Shown here: positions 23,526 through 33,201 of the stretch, one piece after another
How positions within the stretch are numbered: position 1 is the stretch's first letter
Layout: each line of letters starts with the position of its first letter
NCBI GenBank assembly: GCA_965205065.1
Contig: CBDBFT010000001.1
Location: 2,156,836 to 2,220,835, forward strand
Reading direction: 5' to 3'
Source of the DNA: Candidatus Poribacteria bacterium
GTDB taxonomy: Bacteria; Poribacteria; WGA-4E; WGA-3G
DNA length: 64,000 nucleotides
Translations under genes and position numbers: made by a program
The notes under the pieces: model-generated
What the model was told of the DNA's origin: nothing
Seen by the model: the letters and a program-made list of their open reading frames with translations, nothing else
Databases searched by the model: none

Positions 23526-26189
23526 CTATTTAACAACGATCAACCGTCGGGTTTGTTGGAATGACTCTGTTGTCAACTGGTAGAAATAGAGTCCACTTGC
23601 GACACTTTCACCGAAGGCGTTCTTACCATCCCAATAGGCAGCGCGACCCCGGTCTTGATAGAAACCTACCGATTGGAAACCGAGTGAGAAGGTTCGGACA
23701 ACGCTACCTGTTGCGTCATATATCGTGATGGAAACCTTGCTATCTTCCGATAGACGATAAGGTATCCACGTCTCTGGATTGAACGGGTTGGGATAGTTTT
23801 GTAATAGCGCACTATGCTTCGGTGTGCCAATGCTGTCAAGTGTGATGGATAGAACCGCTTCTGCGATACTCGCGGGAGTTACTTCAAAGGTGAACGCGTC
23901 AGATGCAATATTACCGTTTGTATCGGTTACGGTCACTTCCATAGTATCACCAACCTGCACGACATTTCGGTAACTGAGGTCTGCTGTAGCCGCGGCGAAG
24001 TAGTTATCTTTTACTTGGGTGGTCATAAGGTTATGCGTTCGCAGGTTTTTGACTGTGATGTGGTACCCATCGTATTTATGCTTACCTTCCAAGTGTCCGC
24101 TTACGATAAATGCCCAGACTTCTTTTTGCTTAGATACGGCAGCGGGTGCAGCGGTTATCTCCGATTGATTTGTCCAGGGTGCCCCGACGAATAGAACACT
24201 GCGAGTTTCTGGGACGTTGACAATATATCCTTGTCCACCTTCAATTGTGAATCCATCGTCGGGCGCGCTTGGTGTCCAACCGATGAACCGTTGGTTTTCA
24301 GCATCAAGTGCGATTACCATTGTTGATCCAGCGATTCCCGCGAGTGATTTTGCTGTCATCGGCTGCTGTGTTGCTAAAGGTAGCGACAGCGAGTTCAGAC
24401 CTTTGGTGAGTGTAACGTTGAAGATGTTGCCGAAATTGTCACTTACTGTTTTTTCAGCGAGTCTTGCGATAAATCCGTGTCTGCGTCCATCCGCTGTATC
24501 ATAGTGTCCGACGACAGAACCATCCTGATTGATATTCCAACCCTCCGTGCTAACAGCACCGGGAAACTGCAATTCTTGTAGGTTGAGAGGACTGCCGACA
24601 TAAGTACGTGGAACATCACCGACCTCTTTGGCTCTACCAACGACAGCTCTTGCATTGTTGAGTCCGTGGAGAAAGAAGTATTCCAGGTTTGTTGCGTTTG
24701 GCAGGTCAATAGATAGAAATCTTCCGATTGAACTGCGCATGTATGCATGATATACCCCTGCGGCATCCTGGTAGCTGCCGACGATATGGCCTGTCCAACT
24801 CACAAAATCGGCATAAGTTGCCGATGCACTGGGAGCTTCAACTACTGTATCCCCTGAGAACCCACGACGAACACCAGAGGCATCTATATAACTGCCTGTC
24901 AATGCCCCCGTTGCATCACTTAGACCGTATATCTCGGTTTGAACTGCATCCGGAAAATCGTATCGTCGCAATTCGCCATTCTCTAAGATGACACCGTGGT
25001 ACAAACCATTGCTATCTTTGTAGTGTCCAGCAGCTGTCCCGTCATTACCGAGTGCATAGAAATAGGTTCCCTGCGAGTCAGGATAATCATAAGTGGTAAA
25101 AACGCCATTGATAAGTGTAAAAGCGACATCTTTTTCATCATTAGCATTCCGCATGTTGCCGGCGTAATCAAAAAAGTCGCTACTGGCAGTTACCGCTAAG
25201 AAATCTACACCGGGAACATTAATACTCTCAAAAGTATAGTTGAGTGCGGGGGGCACAACACCGGGTCGCGCTTGTGGAGTCCCCGGTTTCGGTCTCGCGA
25301 TAAACCCGTGTCTACGTCCATCCGCAGAGTCATAATGTCCTACGATAGAGTTGTCCTCATTAACATTCCATCCTTCCGTGCTGACGCTGCCTGGAAACTG
25401 CAATTCTTGTAAGGCGACCGGATTACCGGCATAAGTGCGTGGGACATCACCCGCCGTTTTGGCTCGACCGACAGCAATCAGGGCACTGTTGATTCCATGG
25501 AGAAAGAAGTATTCGAGATTTGCTTCTACAGGAAGGTCGAGTGTTGCAAAACTACCCCCTGGTCCACGCAGGTATGCATGATAATTACCTTCGGTGTCTA
25601 CGTAGCTACCCACGACATTGCCTATCGTGCTTACAAAGTCAGCATAAGTTTCCGTTGCGCCAGGATACGCAATTATTTCATCTCCTGAAAAACCACGACG
25701 CACACCGGCAGCATCCGTAAAATTACCAGTCAGTACACCCGTTGAATCGCTATACCCGTATATCTCCGTTTGGACAGCACCCGGATAATCGTATTGCCGC
25801 AACTCCCCGTTTTCTAATATGACGCCGTGGAAGAGTCCGTCGCTATCTTCGTAGTGTCCGGCTGCGACCCCATTATTACCGAGTGCGTAGAAATAAGTAT
25901 TTTGTGCCTCAGGGAAATCATAAGTTGTGTAAACGCCATCTATGAGTGTAAACGCGACGAATTTTTCACCATCAACACTATGCGTATAGCCTGCGTAATC
26001 CTCAAAGTCGCTACTGGCTGTTAAAGCTAAGAAATCTACACCGGGTACTTCTATCGTTTCAAAAGTATAGTTGTCACTAAGGGATGCTGCAACGTTTTGC
26101 GCTGTAGCGTTTGGTGGAAAAAAGGCATTGAGACATAGAGACATTGAAAACATGAAGAATAGAAAATAGGTTTTAATCAAATTTTGCAT
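23526..26189 (-). CDS. Secreted multi-repeat protein with a T9SS C-terminal sorting domain. Paralog 2, tandem to 20568..23267.
   Basis: Same architecture. The C-terminal 190 aa are nearly identical to the neighbour's. Signal peptide MQNLIKTYFLFFMFSMSLCLNAFF. Confidence 0.75.
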   Translation of the reverse strand: MQNLIKTYFLFFMFSMSLCLNAFFPPNATAQNVAASLSDNYTFETIEVPGVDFLALTASSDFEDYAGYTHSVDGEKFVAFTLIDGVYTTYDFPEAQNTYFYALGNNGVAAGHYEDSDGLFHGVILENGELRQYDYPGAVQTEIYGYSDSTGVLTGNFTDAAGVRRGFSGDEIIAYPGATETYADFVSTIGNVVGSYVDTEGNYHAYLRGPGGSFATLDLPVEANLEYFFLHGINSALIAVGRAKTAGDVPRTYAGNPVALQELQFPGSVSTEGWNVNEDNSIVGHYDSADGRRHGFIARPKPGTPQARPGVVPPALNYTFESINVPGVDFLAVTASSDFFDYAGNMRNANDEKDVAFTLINGVFTTYDYPDSQGTYFYALGNDGTAAGHYKDSNGLYHGVILENGELRRYDFPDAVQTEIYGLSDATGALTGSYIDASGVRRGFSGDTVVEAPSASATYADFVSWTGHIVGSYQDAAGVYHAYMRSSIGRFLSIDLPNATNLEYFFLHGLNNARAVVGRAKEVGDVPRTYVGSPLNLQELQFPGAVSTEGWNINQDGSVVGHYDTADGRRHGFIARLAEKTVSDNFGNIFNVTLTKGLNSLSLPLATQQPMTAKSLAGIAGSTMVIALDAENQRFIGWTPSAPDDGFTIEGGQGYIVNVPETRSVLFVGAPWTNQSEITAAPAAVSKQKEVWAFIVSGHLEGKHKYDGYHITVKNLRTHNLMTTQVKDNYFAAATADLSYRNVVQVGDTMEVTVTDTNGNIASDAFTFEVTPASIAEAVLSITLDSIGTPKHSALLQNYPNPFNPETWIPYRLSEDSKVSITIYDATGSVVRTFSLGFQSVGFYQDRGRAAYWDGKNAFGESVASGLYFYQLTTESFQQTRRLIVVK

Positions 26190-26238
26190 AATATATTCCT
26201 TTCTTGGGTCTTTTTATTTAATGATCAATAACATGCAT

Positions 26239-27048
26239 TTAGAAAGTGCTATTATTTGTCCCTGCAGCCAAACCTGATGTGAACCGCTTCACTGCAGCAA
26301 GCATCTTCACTTCGTCGTCCATATATTCTTCAATTACATTGATGATTGCACTCCCCACAATAACGCCGTCAGCGACTTTTGCAACCTGTCCTGCCTGTTC
26401 AGGTGTTGAAACACCAAACCCGACACTAATCGGTTTATCGGTATGCTTACGCAGTTCAGTTATCATCGGTGCGACTTCGTCAGACAAAGTTGCCCGCGCA
26501 CCTGTTACACCTGTCAATGAGACACAATAGATAAATCCTGTACTCACCGATGCAATACGCTGCATCCGTTCTGGTGAACTTGTCGGAGCGACAAGAAAAA
26601 TGGTTGAGAGATTATAGTACGGAGCCACTTCCAAAAGAGGTTGTGCCTCCTCTGGTGGTAAATCAGGGACGATAACACCGTCAACACCTGCGTCTTGAGC
26701 AGTTTCACAAAACAGTGATTCCCCTATACTGAAGATCGGATTATAGTAACTCATCAGTGCAATGGGAATATCTGTATGCTGACGGAGTGTTTTTACCATC
26801 TCAAGTATCTGTTGCAGTGAGGTACGATGTTTGAGCGCACGTTCGCTGGCACGTTGGATCGTAGGGCCATCTGCTATCGGATCAGAAAAGGGGACACCGA
26901 GTTCTATAAGGTCAGCACCTGCTTCTTCAAGTGCCAGGAGCAGTTTTTCGGTGTGTTCGAGCGTCGGATCCCCCGCACACAAGTAAGGCATAAATGCGCG
27001 CCTGTTTTGCTCGCGGAGAATTTTAAATTTCTTGTCAATTCGATTCAT
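26239..27048 (-). CDS. trpA: Tryptophan synthase alpha subunit.
   Basis: GVPFSDPIADGPTIQ motif. 269 aa. TIM-barrel TrpA family pattern. Confidence 0.85.
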   Translation of the reverse strand: MNRIDKKFKILREQNRRAFMPYLCAGDPTLEHTEKLLLALEEAGADLIELGVPFSDPIADGPTIQRASERALKHRTSLQQILEMVKTLRQHTDIPIALMSYYNPIFSIGESLFCETAQDAGVDGVIVPDLPPEEAQPLLEVAPYYNLSTIFLVAPTSSPERMQRIASVSTGFIYCVSLTGVTGARATLSDEVAPMITELRKHTDKPISVGFGVSTPEQAGQVAKVADGVIVGSAIINVIEEYMDDEVKMLAAVKRFTSGLAAGTNNSTF

Positions 27049-27179
27049 AGATAGGATTTTTTTTTCTACTTACAAGGGACTTGACTAAATTATACGATGT
27101 ATAGAGCGAATTGTCAAGTAGTTTTCTGAGGACACAACAACAACCAAAATTGATTGAAAATACGCAAATACTATGCTAT

Positions 27180-27545
27180 TATAGATGTATGGAAGGATGG
27201 AAGAGGAAGAGGAAGAGGAAGATTGGAAGAGGAAGGTTGGAAGAGGGGAAGAGGGGAAGGATGGAAGAGGAAGATTGGAAGGGTGGAAGAGGGAGATTGG
27301 AAGGATGGAAGGGTGGAAGAGGAAGATTGGAAGAGGAAGATTGGAAGGGTGGAAGAGGGAGATTGGAAGGGTGGAAGAGGAAGATTGGAAGAGGAAGATT
27401 GGAAGAGGAAGATTAGAAGAGGAAGATTGGAAGGGTGGAAGAGGGAGATTGGAAGAGGAAGATTGGAAGAGGAAGATTGGAAGAGGAAGATTGGAAGGTT
27501 GGAAGAGGGAGATTGGAGGAGTGGAAGAGGAAGAATACGGCAGAG
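27180..27545. repeat. GGAAGA/GGAAGG minisatellite (GAAGAGGAAGATTGGAAGGGTGGAAGAGGGAGATTG units).
   Basis: Direct reading. The overlapping ORFs 27111..27416, 27154..27579 and 27185..27556 are artefacts. Confidence 0.85.
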
Positions 27546-27579
27546 TAACAGTTTAAGAGTCTATTTCAGGAGATTTTAG

Positions 27580-28632
27580 ATGATAATCAGAACAAGAGCA
27601 CCCGTTCGTATTGATTTTGCTGGTGGTTGGAGTGATGTGGCACTCTTCACAGAAGAATCAGAAGGACGTGTCGTCAACGGGACGATAAATCGTTACGCTT
27701 ATGCAACGCTCGTATGTGAAAGTCAAACCGAATTTCCCGATTCAGTTGAATTGCAGCGTGTCTTGGATAAAAAGATTAGTATCTACTCCGCCGATTTTGA
27801 TATGTTTGTGGAGGCAGAAGATGTCCGTCAACTTGAATACGACGGAAATATTGACCTCGTTAAGGCAGCTGTTCGTCAAATGTCAATCCAGATAGGGAGC
27901 TTTGACCTTATTACACAGTCAAATGCACCCCCTGGGAGTGGACTTGGTACTTCCGCTGCTATGGGAGTCGCATTAATTGGCGTGTTAGGGGCAATTAAGG
28001 ATGTTACATATCTGCCTTACCAATATGCAGAACTTGCAAGTCGTATTGAACGGCATGAGCTCGGTATCCTCGGGGGCAAACAAGATCACTACGGTAGTGC
28101 TGTCGGTGGTATCAATTTTATGGCGTTTCAAGGTGAAGATGTCAAAACATCACCGATAAAATTACCTCCACAAATTCGTTATGAATTGGAAAAAAACCTT
28201 GTGTTGTGCTATACTGGACAATCTCGACTTTCTGGCGATATCCACAAGAATGTCACACAAGCGTATAAGAGCGGTGAACCGAGTGTGCGGACAGCTCTTG
28301 AAAACCTTAAAGCAATCGCAGAATCCACTAAGACAGCACTCATGCGCGGTCGTCTAACAGAATTCGGTGAACTCCTAACTGAGAATTGGCAGAACCAGCA
28401 GAAACTGCACCCATCTGTCTCAAATGAACAGATAGATAAACTATTCAAGATAGCACATGAACAAGGTGCTATAGGTGGAAAAGCTTGTGGTGCGGGTGGC
28501 GGAGGATGTCTACTCTTTTACTGTCAACCTACACGCGAACACAACGTCCGTAAGAAACTTGAAGAAACAGGGACTCAGATAATTGACTTCAACTTTGATT
28601 TTGAAGGACTCCAGATATGGAGATCGGAATAA
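27580..28632 (+). CDS. GHMP-family sugar/small-molecule kinase.
   Basis: GHMP signature PPGSGLGTSAAMGVALIGVL and a C-terminal GGGGCLLFY. The specific substrate cannot be called. Confidence 0.7.
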   Translation: MIIRTRAPVRIDFAGGWSDVALFTEESEGRVVNGTINRYAYATLVCESQTEFPDSVELQRVLDKKISIYSADFDMFVEAEDVRQLEYDGNIDLVKAAVRQMSIQIGSFDLITQSNAPPGSGLGTSAAMGVALIGVLGAIKDVTYLPYQYAELASRIERHELGILGGKQDHYGSAVGGINFMAFQGEDVKTSPIKLPPQIRYELEKNLVLCYTGQSRLSGDIHKNVTQAYKSGEPSVRTALENLKAIAESTKTALMRGRLTEFGELLTENWQNQQKLHPSVSNEQIDKLFKIAHEQGAIGGKACGAGGGGCLLFYCQPTREHNVRKKLEETGTQIIDFNFDFEGLQIWRSE

Positions 28633-28645
28633 ACAGTACCATTGC

Positions 28646-28763
28646 ATGAAGATTAAGTTATTAATTGGATAATACGCGGGCGGGGAAACCCCGCCCCTAC
28701 GAAACCTTACTCCTACGATGAGTCATATCAGTAGAATTACCTGATTATTTATTTAATCTTCAT
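28646..28763. mobile_element. MITE-like element, family A, copy 3.
   Basis: Same 118-bp element, with TIRs, between the GHMP kinase and moxR. Confidence 0.7.
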
Positions 28764-28789
28764 CAAATGGTACTAAAACGCAATATCTA

Positions 28790-29818
28790 ATGAAAGGCAT
28801 ATACATGGAAAACAAACATATTGAGACAGATTTAGAGGCAGCAGAATTTTTAAAGACTGCTCGGGAAAATATACTAAACGAAATAAAAAAACGTATCGTG
28901 GGACAAAGTGATGTTATTGATCAACTTCTCATAGCACTCTTTTCGCAAGGACACTGTCTCCTTGTAGGTGTACCCGGATTAGCGAAGACTTTACTCATCA
29001 GTACCTTTTCCAAAATACTTGAACTTCCATTTAATCGCATCCAATTTACACCTGACCTCATGCCTTCAGACATTATCGGAACGGATATTATTGAGGAGGA
29101 AGTGAATACGGGGAAACGTGCTTTTCGTTTTATTAAGGGACCTGTTTTTGCCAATGTCGTTCTCGCTGATGAGATTAACCGCACCCCCCCAAAAACGCAA
29201 GCCGCACTCCTACAAGCAATGCAGGAATACAAGGTTACAGCAGGTGGCAATACTTACGGATTAGAACTCCCCTTCTTTGTGTTAGCTACGCAGAACCCAA
29301 TTGAGCAGGAAGGAACATACCCTCTACCTGAAGCGCAACTTGACCGCTTTATGTTCAACATCTACATTGACTATCCAGAGAAATCTGAAGAGAAAGAAAT
29401 TGTGCTGACAACGACTTCCGCTTATGAGCCTGAAATTGAACCGATTATCACAGGTGAAGAGGTGTTGAGATTACAACAGATAGTACGTAAAGTGCCAATT
29501 GCTGAAGCGATGGTAGACTACGCTGTGGAATTGAGCGTCAATACCCGTCCTACACAACCCGATGCACCAGATTTCATTAAAGATTGGGTTAATTGGGGAG
29601 CAGGTCCACGGGCATCACAATATCTTGTGTTGGGTGCAAAGGCGCGCGCAATCATGCACGGACGTTATCACGTCAGCTACGAGGACATAAAGGCTGTGGC
29701 AAAACCTGTCCTACGACACCGAATATTGACAAACTTTAATGCGGAAGCAGATGGAATTACCAGTCTGGATATTATCTCACAATTGCTGGAAAAAGTTGAA
29801 CCACCAGAGGTAAATTGA
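28790..29818 (+). CDS. MoxR-family AAA+ ATPase.
   Basis: Walker A GHCLLVGVPGLAKT, about 340 aa, MoxR-like layout. Confidence 0.8.
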   Translation: MKGIYMENKHIETDLEAAEFLKTARENILNEIKKRIVGQSDVIDQLLIALFSQGHCLLVGVPGLAKTLLISTFSKILELPFNRIQFTPDLMPSDIIGTDIIEEEVNTGKRAFRFIKGPVFANVVLADEINRTPPKTQAALLQAMQEYKVTAGGNTYGLELPFFVLATQNPIEQEGTYPLPEAQLDRFMFNIYIDYPEKSEEKEIVLTTTSAYEPEIEPIITGEEVLRLQQIVRKVPIAEAMVDYAVELSVNTRPTQPDAPDFIKDWVNWGAGPRASQYLVLGAKARAIMHGRYHVSYEDIKAVAKPVLRHRILTNFNAEADGITSLDIISQLLEKVEPPEVN

Positions 29819-30002
29819 TTCTCACATCATACAGATGAGAACGTTATGAAAAAAGAAAATACTGACCTTGATACTCTTAGGATAGATAGAAGCAAACTCT
29901 CTGTTATATCACTGTTTGATAAATCAGATGATAAAACGTATTGGCTTTCAAAAACACCACAGGAACGCTTAGCAGCACTTGAATTGATGCGGCAAATAAA
30001 CT

Positions 30003-30449
30003 ATGGCTACGATCCAACTACCGCACGACTTGAAAGAGTTCTTGAAATTGTTGAATTCCCATCAGGCTGAGTATCTTCTCATTGGAGGATACGCTGTAAG
30101 TTACCACGGATATCCACGTACAACATTTGACATGGATATATGGGTCGCAACACAGAGAGAAAACGCAGAGAAGATGGTTGACGTTTTGAGAGAATTCGGT
30201 TTTGAAACCGATCAATTGACTGTAGACCTTTTTATGAAACAGAATCAGATTGTCAGATTGGGAAATCCACCGTTCAGAATTGAAATCATGACAACGATTT
30301 CTGGTGTTAGCTTTGAGGATTGTTATCCGAAGCGGATTACTGATGTGATTGATGGTGTTGATGTTAAAATTATCAATTTAGAACACCTGAAAATAAACAA
30401 AAGTGCAAGTGGTCGTCATAAAGATTTAGAGGACTTGGAACATCTTTGA
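30003..30449 (+). CDS. Nucleotidyltransferase-fold protein, possibly a toxin-antitoxin-type partner of the overlapping small ORF 29846..30070.
   Basis: EYLLIGGYAVSYHGYPRTTFDMDIWV resembles minimal nucleotidyltransferase domains. It overlaps the upstream 74-aa ORF. Weak call. Confidence 0.4.
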   Translation: MATIQLPHDLKEFLKLLNSHQAEYLLIGGYAVSYHGYPRTTFDMDIWVATQRENAEKMVDVLREFGFETDQLTVDLFMKQNQIVRLGNPPFRIEIMTTISGVSFEDCYPKRITDVIDGVDVKIINLEHLKINKSASGRHKDLEDLEHL

Positions 30450-30475
30450 GATTTGACGGGCTGAGGTATACGTAA

Positions 30476-31066
30476 ATGGAAGATAGAGAACTTAAACCAC
30501 ACAATTCAGAATTACCATCCATGCAACCTACACTCCTCACAGCTGAAGACCTATGGAAACAAGCTGATGACGGCTATCGATATGAATTGGTAAAAGGCGT
30601 AATACATAGAAAACCCTTCGTTGGATTTGCACACGGTGTTCTGAGGAGTAAGATTGCAAGTTGTCTTTATAAGTCTGTTAAAAAGAACAAATTAGGGTGC
30701 GTATGTAGTGCAGGCACAGGGTATAAGATCTCTCAAAATCCAGATACCGTATTGGCACCAGATGCATCCTTTATTCACAAAGCAGCAATTGATGAAAAAG
30801 GCATTCCGAAAGGTTACTGGGAGGGTGCGCCTGATCTTGCAGTTGAAGTTATCTCTCCAAGCGATACTTACACAGAGGTAGCGGAGAAGGTAGATGAATG
30901 GTTACACGCGGGTTGCGCGATGGTCTGGGTAATAGATCCGCGTAGAGAGACTGTGGCAGTGTATCGGTCGCCTGAAGATATGACTGTTTTGCGGGGAGAT
31001 GATATCCTTGATGGCGAGGATGTTATTGAAGGGTTTGCGTGTCAAGTGCGGGACCTTTTCGTGTAA
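30476..31066 (+). CDS. Uma2-family (DUF820) putative endonuclease.
   Basis: YELVKGV near the N-terminus, PDLAVEVISPSD core and C-terminal GFACQVRDLF, typical of Uma2. Confidence 0.7.
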   Translation: MEDRELKPHNSELPSMQPTLLTAEDLWKQADDGYRYELVKGVIHRKPFVGFAHGVLRSKIASCLYKSVKKNKLGCVCSAGTGYKISQNPDTVLAPDASFIHKAAIDEKGIPKGYWEGAPDLAVEVISPSDTYTEVAEKVDEWLHAGCAMVWVIDPRRETVAVYRSPEDMTVLRGDDILDGEDVIEGFACQVRDLFV

Positions 31067-31073
31067 GATCTAT

Positions 31074-32444
31074 TCAACCGTCAGTGTTGTTTTCCTGTTC
31101 GTATTCGTCCAGTTTTCTGTATATCGTTCGCACACCGATACCGAGTATTTTTGCCGCTTCTGTCTTATTGTTACCCGTTTCTTTAAGTGTCTTATAGATG
31201 GCTGCTTTTTCAATCTCCTCCATTTTCATGCCGACCCATCCGATGACCTTTTCCTCATCCAGTATTGGCAGAAATTCGTCTGTCTTTTGCAGGTCTCCCC
31301 GCTGTTCTACCGATGTAGCTATTGATGTCACCTCTTCTGGTGTCAGATTCTCCAGTTCCTGTTGACTCGCTAAGAGCACATCATAAGCTTTTCTAAAAAC
31401 ATCAGCAGCATCGTCAGTATCTGCGTTATGCATCAAATCTTTTTCCGCATCGGTCATTGGGATGGACGTCTGATCTTCAGGGTTAGTCGTTGAATTAAGC
31501 AAGCGCGACCCATACGCAATCAATGCAAGGATTGTCTTGTATATGGCTTCATTTTTTGCAGCGACACTCTCAGGTGTTGGATTTATGACCTGTATAGATG
31601 TACCGCGTTCATCTACAACGTGAACAGGAAGTTGGGAATGTCCGAGTCCTAACTCCTTAGGAAAATCTTCAATCTGAAGTTCATCTGAAGTTGCTATGAT
31701 CATCGCGGATTCAACCGCATTTTTGAGTTGTCGGATATTTCCGGGTAAATCTGCATTTTTGAGATAGTCGAGTGCATCCGCTTTTATGCCGGTAACGGTT
31801 TTGTTATGTCTGTCGTTCAATTCTGCTATGAAAGCATCTACAAAAAGGGGTATGTCTTCGCGTCTGTCCCGCAGCGGAGGGATGTGGATCTGAAATAGGT
31901 TCAGTCTATAATATAGGTCTTGCCTAAACTTGTTCTCCTTGACCGATTGACCGAGATTGACGTTTGTTGCAGCGATAATACGTACATCAACTTTTACGTT
32001 TCTTTCTCCGCCGAGTCGTGTGAATTCTTGTGTCTCTAACACTCGGAGAAACTTCACCTGTACTTCGGGAGACATTTCTGCTATTTCATCAAGGAATAAC
32101 GTGCCACCATCTGCAAGTTCGAACATACCACGTCGTTGACTCGTAGCACCTGTAAAAGCCCCCTTTTCATGTCCAAAAAGTTCACTTTGCAGGAGGTCTT
32201 GGTAAAGCACGCCGCAGTTTACTGCTTGAAAGGAACGGTTGTTGCGAGGACTGTTCTCGTGGATGGTTCTTGCGATAACATCTTTTCCAACACCTGTTTC
32301 CCCTGTGACGAGGACAGTTGCGGTCGTCGGTGCAACCTGCTGGACTTTACGTATAACAGCCTGCATCGCTTCAGATTCACCGATGATGGAGGTCGTATTA
32401 GGATTAGCAGGAGATTTTGGATGCTTCATTTTATCTCCCTTCAA
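31074..32444 (-). CDS. Sigma-54-dependent transcriptional activator (AAA+ sigma54-interaction domain plus C-terminal Fis-type HTH), with no receiver domain.
   Basis: GETGVGKDVIARTIH Walker A, ESELFGHEKGAFTGA (GAFTGA motif), and C-terminal AAKILGIGVRTIYRKL. Confidence 0.85.
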   Translation of the reverse strand: MKGDKMKHPKSPANPNTTSIIGESEAMQAVIRKVQQVAPTTATVLVTGETGVGKDVIARTIHENSPRNNRSFQAVNCGVLYQDLLQSELFGHEKGAFTGATSQRRGMFELADGGTLFLDEIAEMSPEVQVKFLRVLETQEFTRLGGERNVKVDVRIIAATNVNLGQSVKENKFRQDLYYRLNLFQIHIPPLRDRREDIPLFVDAFIAELNDRHNKTVTGIKADALDYLKNADLPGNIRQLKNAVESAMIIATSDELQIEDFPKELGLGHSQLPVHVVDERGTSIQVINPTPESVAAKNEAIYKTILALIAYGSRLLNSTTNPEDQTSIPMTDAEKDLMHNADTDDAADVFRKAYDVLLASQQELENLTPEEVTSIATSVEQRGDLQKTDEFLPILDEEKVIGWVGMKMEEIEKAAIYKTLKETGNNKTEAAKILGIGVRTIYRKLDEYEQENNTDG

Positions 32445-32460
32445 TAACGAGGTAGGTTTG

Positions 32461-33198
32461 CTAAACTATTATGTCAAGAATTATTTGCGGATCTTTCTTC
32501 ACTTCCTCAAACACCTGAAAACCATCACGACACGCAGCTTCGCACAATCTTCTCATCACAACGCCTTTGAGGGCATAATTTGAGGTGCGGAGTTTTTTCT
32601 GTAAATCTCTGCCGGTTTCAACCACGTGGACATTCTGTAAGTCCTCATTAACTGCCTTTCTCTGACTTTTTGGCAGTAGGAAAATTAGTGGCACTGAACG
32701 TTCCACTTCAAAAACACGCTGTAAAGATTGAATGTCGTCAGGTCTCAATAACGAGAATACGAGGTCGTAATACTCAAGCAGTTCTATTGTGCGTTCAGGA
32801 ACACCACTCTCACCAAATTCCAATATCTCAAGTTCGTGAAGTGGCGCGGTATCAAAGGGGATAACGATATCCTTTTCGTTGACAGGTTCCATCTTCTCGT
32901 CAACTCGGCAGTAATACCACGGATAATAGAGGTCGATGGTAGTTTTACCGTAGTCTTCGTGTTCACGGACCAGCTTTAAACCTTCACGCAATTGGACAGA
33001 CATAGGTCCGGTGAACATCTCTCCAGCGGGTAGTCGGTAGTCTCTATCCTTGTTATACCACCCCTCTTCATTGAAACCACACAGTTCCTTTATACGAGAC
33101 TTAAGACGATCAGAAGAACGACAATCTTCAGATCTAAGCGGGTTTTCAAGTTTGTGCTTTTGTCCTGTTGTGTATGCGTTAAAGATCAGAATTTTCAT
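32461..33198 (-). CDS. Hypothetical protein.
   Basis: 245-aa ORF with no recognisable motifs. It abuts secF. Confidence 0.4.
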   Translation of the reverse strand: MKILIFNAYTTGQKHKLENPLRSEDCRSSDRLKSRIKELCGFNEEGWYNKDRDYRLPAGEMFTGPMSVQLREGLKLVREHEDYGKTTIDLYYPWYYCRVDEKMEPVNEKDIVIPFDTAPLHELEILEFGESGVPERTIELLEYYDLVFSLLRPDDIQSLQRVFEVERSVPLIFLLPKSQRKAVNEDLQNVHVVETGRDLQKKLRTSNYALKGVVMRRLCEAACRDGFQVFEEVKKDPQIILDIIV

Positions 33199-33201
33199 AT
33201 A

